Assembly (NCBI GenBank): GCA_963705105.1
Contig: CAVPIW010000004.1
Span: 14,336 to 78,335 of the forward strand
Direction of reading: 5' to 3'
Length of the DNA: 64,000 bases
DNA from: an uncultured Nitrospiraceae bacterium
GTDB taxonomy: Bacteria; Nitrospirota; Thermodesulfovibrionia; Thermodesulfovibrionales; Dissulfurispiraceae
This document shows positions 39,827 through 49,967 of the stretch, piece after piece. Under the pieces are notes generated by a model. That model had not been told where the DNA came from. It made no database searches and saw only the letters and a program-made list of their open reading frames with translations. Made by a program: the position numbers and the translations under genes. Every line of letters starts with the position of its first letter. The first letter of the stretch is position 1.

Positions 39827-40926
39827 GGGTCGGCATCAACGCCACGTTTCTCAGCGAAAAACCCACCGGTGCAGGCATGTTCACCCTCTCGGTGTCGGAG
39901 GCCCTAACGCGGAAGAACAGGGATACGGTCATATTCTCTCCCTATCCCTTCGGGTCTTTGCCCGGCGAGGTCTTCCGCATCGTTCCTCAGTCGGTCCGCG
40001 GCTCTCTCCGCCTGTACAGGAACGCCCTGCGTGCCTGTTACATCAACACCGCCCTCCCCCTGCTCTGCCGCCGCCGGCACAGGGATGTCCTGTACTGCCC
40101 CATCGCCGAATTTCCCTTCCTCCCCCTCGTTCCCCTTGTCGTGCACGTCCACGATCTGCACCCCCTCCGTTTCCCTCAGCAGTTCGGACTTGCATCGACC
40201 TATTTCAGGCTCTCCCTGCTCTTCATGCCGCACTGCGCATCGAGGATCACCGTTTCCTCCTCCTTCGTGAAGCAGGAACTCATGGACGTGACGGGCCTGT
40301 CCGGGGACCTCATCGACGTCGCACCCCTCGCCTATGACAGGGATGTATACTTCCCCCGCGGCGGCGATGAAAGGAGCGGCTTCCTGATGAAATACGGTCT
40401 GCCCGAAAAGTACATCCTCTGCGCCGGGAACCTCTTTCCCTACAAAAATGTGCCGACACTCATCGATGCATTCCTGAGAATCCGGCATCTGATCGACCAC
40501 CATCTCGTCGTCGTCGGCAGGCGGGAGTATGCCCGGGACCCGCTGCCCGCGGACGAGCGGATTCACTACACGGACTACGTGCCGATCGGGGACATGCCCA
40601 TGTTTTATTCCTTCGCAGACCTGTTCGTCCACCCGTCAACGAGCGAAGGGTTCGGCATCACCCCCCTCGAGGCGATGGCCTGCGGTACGCCCGTCGTCTC
40701 GTCCAATGCGGCATCCCTGCCGGAGGTGATCGGCGACGGGGGATTGTTGTTCGATCCGGGTGACGGCGATGCCCTGTCCCGGATCATCGTGAATATCCTG
40801 CAGGACAGGGCGTTGCAGCGGGACCTCCGGCAGCGGGGGCTGAAACAGGCCGAAAAGTTTTCGTGGGAGAAAACGGCGGAACTGATTCTTCAATCTTGTG
40901 AGCGGGCGGCCGGGGGGAAAGTGTGA
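39823..40926 (+). CDS. GT4 glycosyltransferase
   Basis: HDLHP, PYKN, PS..EGFGITPLEAMACGTPV. Confidence 0.92.
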   Translation: MRVGINATFLSEKPTGAGMFTLSVSEALTRKNRDTVIFSPYPFGSLPGEVFRIVPQSVRGSLRLYRNALRACYINTALPLLCRRRHRDVLYCPIAEFPFLPLVPLVVHVHDLHPLRFPQQFGLASTYFRLSLLFMPHCASRITVSSSFVKQELMDVTGLSGDLIDVAPLAYDRDVYFPRGGDERSGFLMKYGLPEKYILCAGNLFPYKNVPTLIDAFLRIRHLIDHHLVVVGRREYARDPLPADERIHYTDYVPIGDMPMFYSFADLFVHPSTSEGFGITPLEAMACGTPVVSSNAASLPEVIGDGGLLFDPGDGDALSRIIVNILQDRALQRDLRQRGLKQAEKFSWEKTAELILQSCERAAGGKV

Positions 40927-42050
40927 AGATTCTCCACCTCCTGTACGAAAGCATGGGCGACCCCTTCGGTTTCGGCGGCGCCGGGGCCCGTGCCTATGAA
41001 ATATATTCGAGGATCAGGGAACGCCACGACATCACCATTCTCTGCAGGCGCTATCCCGGCGCAAGGGACAGGGAAATCGCCGGGCTGAGTCACATCTTCG
41101 CCGGCAGGGAGAGCAATTCCTTCACCGTGACGCTCCTGTCCTTTGCCTTGGGAGCGAACCGCTTCGTGAAAGAGCGGGGGAAAACATTCGACGTCATCGT
41201 CCAGGAATTCTCACCGGCCGTGCCGACCTTTCTGCACGGCTTCACAGAGAGACCTGTCGTTTTGCAGATCCAGGGGTACACGGGCCGGCTCTATTTCAGA
41301 AAGTACAATCCCGTCTATGCATCGGTGCTCTCTTTTCTCGAATCCGTTATGCCCCGTTTCTACCGCACCATTATCTTCCTGTCCGGGGAGAACGCGGGGA
41401 ACTACCGTGTGAGACACGACGCCCGCGTCGCCATCATCCCCAACGGGATCGACGGATCGCTCCTTGAGACGTCGCCCGTCGAGGACCCCTACATCCTCTA
41501 CCTCGGCAGAATCGATGTCTATGGGAAAGGTCTCGATCTTCTCATCGACGCTTTCCGGGAGTACGGGCAATCCTTCCCCGGCACTGAACTGGTCATCGCG
41601 GGAGACGGCAGGGACCGCGGACGGTTCGAGGCCCTCGTGGAGCAATTACCCCAACCAATGCGAACCAGCACCAGACTCCTCGGGTGGGTGACGGGAGAGG
41701 ACAAAAGGGAGGCACTCAGGAAGGCGATGTTCGCCGTCTTTCCGTCCCGTCACGAGGTGCAGCCCCTGGCCCTGCTCGAAGCGATGGCATGCGGCAAGGC
41801 CGTCGTCGTGAGCGACATCGCGGGGCATCAGTGCGCAACGGAAAGCGGGGCGGGGACAGCTTTTCGATCCGGTGACGCCTCATCCCTGGCACGGGCGATG
41901 AAGGAGATGACGGAGAGGCAGGACCGGGCGGAGATGGGGAGGAAGGGGCGGGACTATGCCGGGCAGTTCACCTGGGACGCCATCGCGCGGCAGTACGAGG
42001 AATTTCTTCAGTCGGTTGTCAGGGACGCAGGGTCCAAAGGTCCATTCTGA
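40923..42050 (+). CDS. GT4 glycosyltransferase
   Basis: YLGRID..GKGLD, FPSRHE....ALLEAMACG. Confidence 0.9.
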   Translation: MKILHLLYESMGDPFGFGGAGARAYEIYSRIRERHDITILCRRYPGARDREIAGLSHIFAGRESNSFTVTLLSFALGANRFVKERGKTFDVIVQEFSPAVPTFLHGFTERPVVLQIQGYTGRLYFRKYNPVYASVLSFLESVMPRFYRTIIFLSGENAGNYRVRHDARVAIIPNGIDGSLLETSPVEDPYILYLGRIDVYGKGLDLLIDAFREYGQSFPGTELVIAGDGRDRGRFEALVEQLPQPMRTSTRLLGWVTGEDKREALRKAMFAVFPSRHEVQPLALLEAMACGKAVVVSDIAGHQCATESGAGTAFRSGDASSLARAMKEMTERQDRAEMGRKGRDYAGQFTWDAIARQYEEFLQSVVRDAGSKGPF

Positions 42051-42059
42051 GCGGGGGTC

Positions 42060-42182
42060 CTCCGGGAAGGCTGATATGGTTCAAAGCCTTTCCAATGCGA
42101 TGATGAGACATCTCAAGGTGTTCAGTGCCTGTTGCCTGGCGGGCATTTGCTATCCATAGACAGGGCAAAGGGTGGTCTGGTG
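42060..42182. repeat. About 120-bp dispersed repeat (direct copy at 47759-47881)
   Basis: ctccgggaaggc(t/a)gatatggttcaaagcctttccaatgcgatgatgagacat...ggcaaagggtggtctggtg occurs at both sites. Confidence 0.85.
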
Positions 42183-42201
42183 TTCGTTGACCTCATGTTT
42201 T

Positions 42202-42408
42202 ACCTTATCGTTGCAATACACTTCCGGGAAAGGCGGGGCGTATGCGCCGAAAACCTTGCTGCGGCGACACCATAACTCTCACAGAAGACAACCTTTCAAA
42301 CCAATGGTCGACTACACAAAGAGTGGAATCCTGAAAGACAAACCTGACGAGGCTTATCGTCGCCTTCAGCAAGGCTTTGAGGCGTTTCGCCACGCCTTTC
42401 CATGCAAC
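42202..42408. mobile_element. MITE-like element, inverted relative to 38481-38685
   Basis: The reverse complement aligns end to end with the 38.5-kb copy. The spurious ORFs K RLKALLKATI.LVRFVFQDSTLCV.DHW appear on opposite strands in the two copies. Confidence 0.7.
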
Positions 42409-42417
42409 TGTGAGGTT

Positions 42418-43785
42418 TTATTTTTCCGACTGCTGACTGACAATCGTTGCGGGTGATGGCATGCCTGAGGTCATGAGGTCCCTGATGGTTTTCTCCCCGA
42501 AAGTCGTGTCGAGGGCTTTCTCGAACTGATTAAAAAGCCCCTCTATCCCGGCAACGGAAAACGGTTCTCTTACAAACCGGTCGACCGCTTCTGAGGGCTC
42601 TGCCACAGCTCTGACAACCTCGAGCACGGTGATCGTCCCGATATCACGGGCCGGGATGAAACCGTCATCGTCACCGGCCTTCAGAATGAGGGAATGCCTT
42701 GCAAGGGCCGTCACAATGTCCTCGATGAGGCCTGCCGGGAGGCCCAGCCGCGCTTTCAGGGCATTGACAGTCCACCGCTCTTTGTTCAGGAAATAATGCG
42801 AGCCGATCAGGTACATGACAAGGACGGCCTGCTTCTGCCTGAGGGCATCGCTGTGGATCGCAGTTTCGTCCCTCAGCGCGAGCAATCCCGGGAACTGATG
42901 ATAGAACGACACCTTTGCGCCGGTGAGCAGGATGAGCCAGTTGAAGTAGAGCCACATCATCAGCAGGATGACGATGGCGAAGCCCGAGTAGATCGCCGAA
43001 TAGTGGACCGATGAAGCGACGAAGGAGGCGAAGGCCGCTCCGGCCGCCACCCAGAGGGTCCCTGCCGAAAGTCCCCCGGCAAGAGCCGAGACAAACCGCA
43101 CCTTTGTGTTGGGCAGCAGGTAATAGATCATGGTGAAGGAAAGGCTGATCAAAATGAAGGGAGATATTTTCCCGATGAAAATGATCGTCGTTCCCACGAT
43201 CTGCCTTGACATCAGCTCGTTGACAACGGTGTTGCTCATGAGCGAGGCGCCGACTCCGATTGCAGCGACAACCAGGACGGGACCGACAAGCAACACGCTC
43301 AGGTAATCGCGCATTTTCCTCACAAAGGTCCTCGACGTCCTTATGTGCCACAGATAGTTCAGTGCGTCCTCTATCTGTTGTACGGTGCTGATCACGGTGT
43401 ACACGAGCATGAAGAGGCCGATGCTCCCCAGGAGACCCACATTCATCTTGTCCACGTACAGGATGATGCTTGACGTTATCTCCGCACCTCTATCGCCGAG
43501 AGGCTCGAGGATGCCCGCCAGGACGGGCTCCATCATATTGTGAACGCCCAGTGATTTGAGCAGGGAGAAGGAGACCGCCAGAAAAGGCACGAGGGTGAGA
43601 AGAGTCGTGTAGACAAGTGCCGAGGCGCGCGTCGGGAGCTGGCCGTGCCGGAACTCCGCGGCCAGCTTATAAACGAATCGCGGGACCGGGACAAGGAAGC
43701 GCTTCCATCCGGGGGCATCACGGAGCGGGATCTCCCAGAGTCCCGTTGCCCAAAACTCCTGAACCTTTGTGACGATTTCCTTCAT
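42418..43785 (-). CDS. YihY/BrkB-family inner membrane protein with C-terminal winged-helix-like domain
   Basis: RASALVYTTLL.LVP.LAV, IE..LN..W, LPNTKV, YSAIY.GFA...W.ILL.GA. Confidence 0.88.
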   Translation of the reverse strand: MKEIVTKVQEFWATGLWEIPLRDAPGWKRFLVPVPRFVYKLAAEFRHGQLPTRASALVYTTLLTLVPFLAVSFSLLKSLGVHNMMEPVLAGILEPLGDRGAEITSSIILYVDKMNVGLLGSIGLFMLVYTVISTVQQIEDALNYLWHIRTSRTFVRKMRDYLSVLLVGPVLVVAAIGVGASLMSNTVVNELMSRQIVGTTIIFIGKISPFILISLSFTMIYYLLPNTKVRFVSALAGGLSAGTLWVAAGAAFASFVASSVHYSAIYSGFAIVILLMMWLYFNWLILLTGAKVSFYHQFPGLLALRDETAIHSDALRQKQAVLVMYLIGSHYFLNKERWTVNALKARLGLPAGLIEDIVTALARHSLILKAGDDDGFIPARDIGTITVLEVVRAVAEPSEAVDRFVREPFSVAGIEGLFNQFEKALDTTFGEKTIRDLMTSGMPSPATIVSQQSEK

Positions 43786-43940
43786 GGCTGTGAGCCTATT
43801 ATACACCCGTGACTCAGTGTCAGTGTCTGTGTCTGTGTCAGCAAAAGGAGAGGATACATCTGCAGCCGCAGGCTTTTATCCTGCGTCTTACAAGCGGTTT
43901 CAAAAACGGGCAGGAAGGGTGCGCATCAACATCGGGAAAA

Positions 43941-44027
43941 CGGAGAGGGGGGGATTCGAACCCCCGGTAGAGTCACCCCTACAACGGTTTTCGAGACCGC
44001 CGCTTTCAACCGCTCAGCCACCTCTCC
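43941..44027 (-). tRNA. tRNA-Ser(CGA), CCA not encoded
   Basis: GGAGAGG acceptor stem, D-arm TGGCTGAGCGGTTGAAAGC, anticodon arm GCGGT-CT-CGA-AA-ACCGT, long variable arm and GGTTCGAATCC. Confidence 0.95.
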
Positions 44028-44187
44028 AATAAATCGCGGGTTAAAAAAGAGAGCTTGTTAATAAAGAGTTATTTTAGCAGAAGAAACCTCTTCTTTCATA
44101 GTTAACCTCAGTGTTGCATAGCCCCTCCAAATACGCCTTGACAACGCCGAATGATGAGATATACGTAGAAATAAAGGTTGATCGGGC

Positions 44188-44360
44188 ATTTGGCGTCATG
44201 GAGAAGAACGCCGGGAAGTTCTCCGCCACCGGCGGTTGGGGATTCGAGGGGGTCAAAGGCGACACGAAGGAACGGGCGGTCACAGATCCTGAGACGGCCT
44301 TCTTCGACTGCCATGCGGCGCAGAAGGATAAGGATTAAGTCTTCAGCAGCTATCGGAGGC
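44188..44360 (+). pseudogene. Cytochrome P460-family C-terminal remnant
   Basis: GVMEKNAGKFSATGGWGFE..KGD.KERAV.DP.TAFFDCHAAQKDKD*VFSSYR. CxxCH has become FFDCH, a stop interrupts DYVFS, and the N-terminus is missing. Confidence 0.7.
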
Positions 44361-44496
44361 GAGACGAAAAAAAGCAAAAAAGATCAAAAAAAAAGAGAAA
44401 ATATGTCAAGACAAGGCGAGTTTTTTTTGTTATATTTTTAATTATAACCATTGACAGGAGGTTTTCATTTATCGAAAGAACACTCCAAAGGAGGGC

Positions 44497-44751
44497 ATGC
44501 CATTGGAAGAGATATGCTGGCAAGAAGGAAGTTGCGACAGTGGCATTCAGCTTTCAGACGTGCTCTACGGGATGTGCGACGGTCGGCGTCTTTTTGTGAT
44601 AAATCAGATCAACGAGGACGAGTTCTCTCTCTGGAGTTTCCTGCCGGGGAAATGGGGAAAATGGTCCTGCAGAAGCATAGCTGAAGGCAAAAGCGCAGCT
44701 CTGACATTGTTCGCATTGCACAGTGCCAAAGGAGAAACGGTTCACGCGTGA
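44497..44751 (+). CDS. Small hypothetical protein, paralogue of 44867-45100
   Basis: AAGGAGG RBS. Shares W..G..DSG.....VLYG..D....F.I.Q.....F.L.SFLP with its neighbour. Confidence 0.7.
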   Translation: MPLEEICWQEGSCDSGIQLSDVLYGMCDGRRLFVINQINEDEFSLWSFLPGKWGKWSCRSIAEGKSAALTLFALHSAKGETVHA

Positions 44752-44866
44752 ACCCAGCGGTCGTATGAATGGCTTCGGACTCTTAAGGAGACGTCTTTAT
44801 CTCCTGAACCGCCGAGAATGACCTGATCAATCGATCAGCCTGAAAGTCTGGTCGGGGGAGGGCACC

Positions 44867-45100
44867 ATGAAAGAGCTACGGTGGGAATATGGCACCTTCG
44901 ACAGTGGTTTGAAAGAATGGGAAGTGCTGTACGGTGTGCTGGATGACGAGCATGTGTTCATAATCGACCAGGTAGGAACTCAGTCCTTCGCCCTCTCCTC
45001 CTTTCTTCCGAACGCACAAAAGAGGCTGCAATATGGCAGTATACAGGAATGCAAGCAAGCCGCACAGGATTTGATAGGAGGGGCAGGAACCGCTTTCTGA
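44867..45100 (+). CDS. Small hypothetical protein, paralogue of 44497-44751
   Basis: GGAGG RBS and the same motif as above. Confidence 0.75.
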   Translation: MKELRWEYGTFDSGLKEWEVLYGVLDDEHVFIIDQVGTQSFALSSFLPNAQKRLQYGSIQECKQAAQDLIGGAGTAF

Positions 45101-45145
45101 TTCGTTGATTCTACACCGGCGTTCGATGACGCCGGCTTCCCGGAT

Positions 45146-46252
45146 TTAAGTCTTTTTCAGGACGACGAGGTTGTCCCTGTGGATCACCTCGTCGGAGTAC
45201 TTGAACCCGAGGACCGCCTCGATGTCGCCGGACTTCTTCCCCCTGACCTGCTCGACGTCCCGGGACGAGTAGTTCACGATCCCCTTTGCGATGCGCTCAC
45301 CGGCCTGATCGATGCAGTAGACGGCATCTCCGACATCGAAGTTTCCCTCCACACGGACGATGCCCGAGGGCAGGAGGCTTTTTCCTCCCTTTTCGAGGGC
45401 ATGGACGGCCCCGGGGTCGATGATGATGTTCCCCTTCGCCTTGACGGCGTAGCTGATCCAGCCCTTTCTCGACGATATCCTGAGGGATTGGGGAATGAAC
45501 TCCGTGCCTTCCCGGTTGCCGGCGAGGACCGATGCAAGAAGACCGCGCTCCTTGCCGCTGATGATATGGACCCGCGTCCCGTGCGACACGGCCTTTTTCG
45601 CAGCCAGCACCTTCGAGTACATCCCCCCCGTGCCAACAGCGCTGCCTGATCCGCCCGCCATGGCGATGAATTCCGGCGTGATCTCCTGCACGACCCTGAT
45701 CAGTTCCGCGCCGGGATCGGTGCGCGGATCGGCGGTGTACAGTCCCTCCACGTCGGAAAGAATGACGAGCCTGTCCGCTTCGATCATCCCGGAGACGAGC
45801 GCCGCAAGCTGGTCGTTGTCGCCGAACTTGATCTCCTCCGTCGAGACGGTGTCGTTCTCGTTGATGACGGGGATGACATCCCGTTCGATGAGCGTCATGA
45901 GCGTGTTCTTGGCGTTGAGATAGCGCATCCTGTCCGAAAAGGCGTCCCTCGTCAGGAGGATCTGGGCGACCTTCTCGTCCAGACGGCTGAAGCTCCTCTC
46001 GTAGGCCCACATGAGCGAGGATTGCCCCACGGCCGCCGCAGCCTGCTTGAGCCTGATCTCCTTCGGCTTTTCCCTGAGCCCGAGCTTCACCATCCCGGCG
46101 GCGACGGCCCCGGACGAGACGATGACGGTCTCGTTCCCCGCCTTCTTTACGTCTGCCACGTCCTGGGCGATGCCCGCGATGCGTTTTTGATTGAGCCCTC
46201 CCGTCCTGTCGGCGAGGATGTTGCTCCCGATTTTAATGACGATTCTGCTCAC
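45146..46252 (-). CDS. proB: Glutamate 5-kinase
   Basis: RIVIKIGS, VSSGAVAAG, NENDTV, FGDND, GTGGM..K and a PUA domain ending IHRDNL. GTG start at 46252. Confidence 0.95.
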   Translation of the reverse strand: MSRIVIKIGSNILADRTGGLNQKRIAGIAQDVADVKKAGNETVIVSSGAVAAGMVKLGLREKPKEIRLKQAAAAVGQSSLMWAYERSFSRLDEKVAQILLTRDAFSDRMRYLNAKNTLMTLIERDVIPVINENDTVSTEEIKFGDNDQLAALVSGMIEADRLVILSDVEGLYTADPRTDPGAELIRVVQEITPEFIAMAGGSGSAVGTGGMYSKVLAAKKAVSHGTRVHIISGKERGLLASVLAGNREGTEFIPQSLRISSRKGWISYAVKAKGNIIIDPGAVHALEKGGKSLLPSGIVRVEGNFDVGDAVYCIDQAGERIAKGIVNYSSRDVEQVRGKKSGDIEAVLGFKYSDEVIHRDNLVVLKKT

Positions 46253-46441
46253 CGGATGTACGTGCTCCTCAATCAGCCCTTTGTAACATGGCAATTGCGC
46301 GGATATTTTACCTTGAGCACACCGGGTATACCACGGCTGCTCATTTACAAAAGTATCTTGTATTGTAGCACAGCAGGAGAAAGGGACAATCCACGATTGG
46401 ACAAGGCGTAACAGAAGAAAATATAATTCAGTGAGTCAAAA

Positions 46442-46597
46442 ATGAGCCCAACCATATAGAGAGAGAAAGGTTATCGTTTCTTATTCTTTTCACGGGAGGA
46501 GCCCCATCTGGACCACTATTATTGGCCCGACCTCGATATTGATCTCACCCAGGAAATCATAGAGCACCCGGAGAGGTTCCCGCTGAAAGCAAAATAA
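46442..46597 (+). pseudogene. Collapsed DUF4160/DUF2442 toxin-antitoxin-like pair
   Basis: MSPTI*REKGYRFLFFSREEP (DUF4160-like start) is joined in frame to HYYWPDLDIDLTQEIIEHPERFPLKAK* (DUF2442-like end). Confidence 0.7.
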
Positions 46598-46616
46598 CCT
46601 GCGACGGGAGAAAGCG

Positions 46617-47699
46617 ATGACGGAAAACCCTTTATTTGACCCCTATCAGCTTGGGCCGCTCCGGCTCCCGAATCGGCTGGTCATGGCGCCGATGACGCGG
46701 GGCCGCGCGGAATCCGACAAAACGCCGAACAGCTTCATGGCCCTCTATTACAGGCAGCGGGCGACGGCGGGTCTCATCGTGACGGAGGCGACGGCCATTT
46801 CGCCGCAGGGCTTCGGCTGGGTCGGCGCCCCGGGCATCTATACGGACTCTCATGTGAAGGGATGGAGAGGGATAACCGGCGAGGTGCATGAGGCGGGCGG
46901 CAGGATCTTCCTCCAGCTCTGGCACATGGGAAGGACCTCCCACCCGGACTTCCTCGGCGGAGAACTCCCCGTGGGTCCCTCTGCCGTTGTCGCCCGGGGA
47001 GCGTCGCACACCCCGCTCGGGAAAAAGCCCTATGTCACACCCCGCGCCCTTGCCATCGATGAGATACGGGAAACGGTCGGGGATTATGCCAAGGCAGCGG
47101 CGAGGGCGAGAGATGCGGGCTTCGACGGCGTGGAGATCCATAGCGCAAACGGGTACCTCATCGACCAGTTCCTGAGGGACGGGTCGAATCACCGCACCGA
47201 CGATTACGGAGGCAGCATCCCGAACCGTGCCCGGTTCCTGCTGGAGGTGACGGAGGCGGTCTGTAATGCCTGGTCGCCTGACCGCGTCGGCGTGCGGCTC
47301 TCACCGACGGGGCCTTACAACGACATGCAGGACAGCGATCCCACCGCAACATTCACCTATGCTGCAGACGGGCTGAACCGGTTCGGCCTTGCCTATCTGC
47401 ACCTGATGGAGCCTCTGCCCGGTCACCCGCTGGCCGGGCCGGGCGAGCGCGTTGCGCCGGCGATACGACGCGTGTTCAAGGGCACACTCATCATCAACGG
47501 CGGGTATAACGCGCAACTGGCCAATGAAGCCATTGTCAAAGACGAAGCTGATCTCGTGGCTTTCGGCGTTCCCTTCCTTGCCAATCCTGACCTCGTTCTT
47601 CGATACCGGAAAGGAGCGTCGCTGAACCCGCCCGATCTCGCCACCTTCTATACGGCCGGTCCGAAGGGTTACACGGACTACCCTGCGCTCGATAAATAG
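46617..47699 (+). CDS. Old-yellow-enzyme alkene reductase (NemA-like)
   Basis: NRLVMAPMTR, YY.QRA.AGLI.TE, QLWHMGR, EIHSANGYLIDQFL, GYTDYP. Confidence 0.93.
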   Translation: MTENPLFDPYQLGPLRLPNRLVMAPMTRGRAESDKTPNSFMALYYRQRATAGLIVTEATAISPQGFGWVGAPGIYTDSHVKGWRGITGEVHEAGGRIFLQLWHMGRTSHPDFLGGELPVGPSAVVARGASHTPLGKKPYVTPRALAIDEIRETVGDYAKAAARARDAGFDGVEIHSANGYLIDQFLRDGSNHRTDDYGGSIPNRARFLLEVTEAVCNAWSPDRVGVRLSPTGPYNDMQDSDPTATFTYAADGLNRFGLAYLHLMEPLPGHPLAGPGERVAPAIRRVFKGTLIINGGYNAQLANEAIVKDEADLVAFGVPFLANPDLVLRYRKGASLNPPDLATFYTAGPKGYTDYPALDK

Positions 47700-47957
47700 T
47701 AACATTGCATGAAAAGGCGAGGCGAATCGCCTCATATCCTTGCTGATAGCGACGCTGACTCCGGGAAGGCAGATATGGTTCAAAGCCTTTCCAATGCGAT
47801 GATGAGACATATCATGGTGTTCAGTGCCTGTTGCCTGACGGGCACTTGGTATCGATCGACACGGCAAAGGGTGGTCTGGTGATAAACAAGGTATCTTAGC
47901 GGAAAAGCTTTTCACCACATCAGCCTTCCCGTCGTGCGTTTGTCGTCTAATTCCTGT

Positions 47958-48971
47958 CTATTGTCTACTATCCTTCCTCGTCACCCTGCCCGCAAGGTAG
48001 CGCAGGAGTTCCCTCACCCCCTTTTCGGTGACGGCGGAGATGGCGAAGAAATCGAGTCCTTTGTCCGCGCAGTGATCCCTCAGCATCTTCAGTCGCGCCC
48101 CGTCGGGGGCGATGTCCGTTTTTGTGCCGACGACGGCCATCGGTTTCAGCAGGAGCAGGGGGCTGTAACTCTCCAGCTCCCTGTTGATCGTCTCGAAATC
48201 ATCGACAGGATTCGTTTCCGGGATATCCGAGACATCGACGAGATGGAGCAGGAGGGACGTCCGCTCCACGTGCCTGAGGAACCGGATCCCCAGTCCCGCA
48301 CCGCGGTGGGCCCCCTCGATGAGACCGGGTATGTCGGCGACGACGAAACTCGTGTAGTCTTCAAACTTGACGACGCCGAGATTGGGGATTAGTGTGGTAA
48401 AGGGGTAATCAGCAATCTTGGGTTTTGCCGTGGAGATGACGGAGATGAGAGTCGATTTGCCCGCGTTGGGGAGTCCGATCAGCCCCACATCCGCCAGGAG
48501 TTTGAGCTCCAGGATGAGCGCCTTCTCCTCTCCGGGCTCACCGGGTTGGGCAAACCGGGGCGCCTGGCGCGTGGCCGTTGCAAAGTGGGCATTCCCCAGG
48601 CCGCCTCTTCCGCCCCTGGCCAAAATGACCTCGGCGCCGTCGTGGTCGAGGTCGGCGACCATCGAACCGTTCTCAGCATCCGTCGCGACGGTGCCGACCG
48701 GCACGGGGATGACAAGGTCCTCGCCGTTCCTGCCGTGCATGTTCTTGCCCATGCCGTGCTCTCCCCGTTCTGCCTTGTATTCCCGCTTGTAGCTGAAGTC
48801 GAGGAGCGTGTTTAAATCTCTCGTCGCTTTAAGGATGATGTGGCCTCCCCTGCCGCCGTCGCCCCCGTTGGGACCCCCCCGGGGCACGTACTTCTCCCTG
48901 CGGAAGCTCACGCAGCCCCTACCGCCGTCACCGGCCTTCAGCAGAATCTTTGCATAATCGACGAATTTCAC
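47958..48971 (-). CDS. obgE: GTPase ObgE
   Basis: FVD...[38 protein letters not shown]. Confidence 0.97.
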   Translation of the reverse strand: MKFVDYAKILLKAGDGGRGCVSFRREKYVPRGGPNGGDGGRGGHIILKATRDLNTLLDFSYKREYKAERGEHGMGKNMHGRNGEDLVIPVPVGTVATDAENGSMVADLDHDGAEVILARGGRGGLGNAHFATATRQAPRFAQPGEPGEEKALILELKLLADVGLIGLPNAGKSTLISVISTAKPKIADYPFTTLIPNLGVVKFEDYTSFVVADIPGLIEGAHRGAGLGIRFLRHVERTSLLLHLVDVSDIPETNPVDDFETINRELESYSPLLLLKPMAVVGTKTDIAPDGARLKMLRDHCADKGLDFFAISAVTEKGVRELLRYLAGRVTRKDSRQ

Positions 48972-49041
48972 GGGATCACCCTCTCAATGACAGCTTCATA
49001 TTAGCCACAGAGAGCACAGAGGTCACAGAGATACAAAGTTT

Positions 49042-49071
49042 CATTGTAGGGGCCGTTCCCCGAACGGCCCG
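49042..49071. repeat. REP palindrome GTAG-GGGCCGTTC-cc-GAACGGCCC (identical copy at 50180-50209)
   Basis: A GTAG tetranucleotide followed by a GC-rich palindrome, as in classical REP elements. Confidence 0.75.
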
Positions 49072-49307
49072 AAAGATTCCTTCACTGACACAGACACGGC
49101 CATGTTCATGTGTTTTCTTTTGCGAACTTTGCGTCTTTGCGCGAGAATAGCTTTTCGCCCTGCTGTCTTGCCCGCCCTCTGGATTCCCGCTCAACACACT
49201 GCGGGAATGGCGGCAATGTTTTGCCGTTCATAATCATGAGTTGTTCGTTCTCTGTGCTCTCTGTGTTCTCTGTGGCTGAATGGCCGTTTTCGCCTTTTTT
49301 GGAAAAC

Positions 49308-49348
49308 AAAAAAGGCAGTCTGCCGCACAGACCGCCTTTCTTTTTTTC
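49308..49348 (-). terminator. Terminator after rplU-rpmA (possibly bidirectional)
   Basis: Minus strand reads GAAAGGCGGTCTG-tgcgg-CAGACTGCCTTTTTT. Confidence 0.7.
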
Positions 49349-49368
49349 CTGCGCCCGGACTGAACGAA

Positions 49369-49650
49369 TCAGGCGCTCGCCGTCGCGACGGGCTCCAGGG
49401 GCGGATAGACGCTGATCTTCATGCGCCGCCTGCCCTTTCTCTCGAAGGCGACGACGCCGTCGATGAGGGCGAATATGGTGTAATCCCGCCCGGTGCCGAC
49501 ATTGTTTCCGGGATGGAACTGCGTCCCCCGCTGCCTCACGAGAATGTTGCCGGCCTTAACGAACTGCCCGCCGTAGCGCTTGACGCCGAGCCGCTTCGAC
49601 TCGCTGTCGCGACCGTTCCTCGAACTGCCGACGCCCTTTTTATGTGCCAT
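49369..49650 (-). CDS. rpmA: 50S ribosomal protein L27
   Basis: [24 protein letters not shown]. Confidence 0.98.
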   Translation of the reverse strand: MAHKKGVGSSRNGRDSESKRLGVKRYGGQFVKAGNILVRQRGTQFHPGNNVGTGRDYTIFALIDGVVAFERKGRRRMKISVYPPLEPVATASA

Positions 49651-49652
49651 CT

Positions 49653-49967
49653 CTATCCTCCGATGATTTCGTTGATCTTAATCGACGTGTATATCTGCCG
49701 GTGACCCGTCCTCTTGTCCTGGGCCTTCTTCGACTGATGTTTGAAGACCACCACCTTTTTGTTCTTTCCCTCGCCCACGATCTCGGCCTTCACCTGGGCG
49801 CCCGGAACGTAGGGCTTTCCGATGACGGTCCGCTCGTCCTTCGAGACGACGAGGACCTTGTCGAGGATGACCTCGGAATTCACCTCACCCTCTATACGGT
49901 TCACCTTGACCGTTTCCCCGGGAGACACCCTGATCTGCTCTCCCCCAGCTTCGACGATTGCGTACAT
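49653..49967 (-). CDS. rplU: 50S ribosomal protein L21
   Basis: MYAIVE.GG.Q..V...IG.PYV.GA.V...GHRQ.YT. A GGAGGT RBS precedes ATG at 49967. Confidence 0.95.
   Translation of the reverse strand: MYAIVEAGGEQIRVSPGETVKVNRIEGEVNSEVILDKVLVVSKDERTVIGKPYVPGAQVKAEIVGEGKNKKVVVFKHQSKKAQDKRTGHRQIYTSIKINEIIGG

Noticed and set aside
43900..46400. Prophage or integrative element at tRNA-Ser
   Set aside because: No integrase and no duplicated tRNA 3' end were found, and the low-GC patch is on the tRNA's 5' side.
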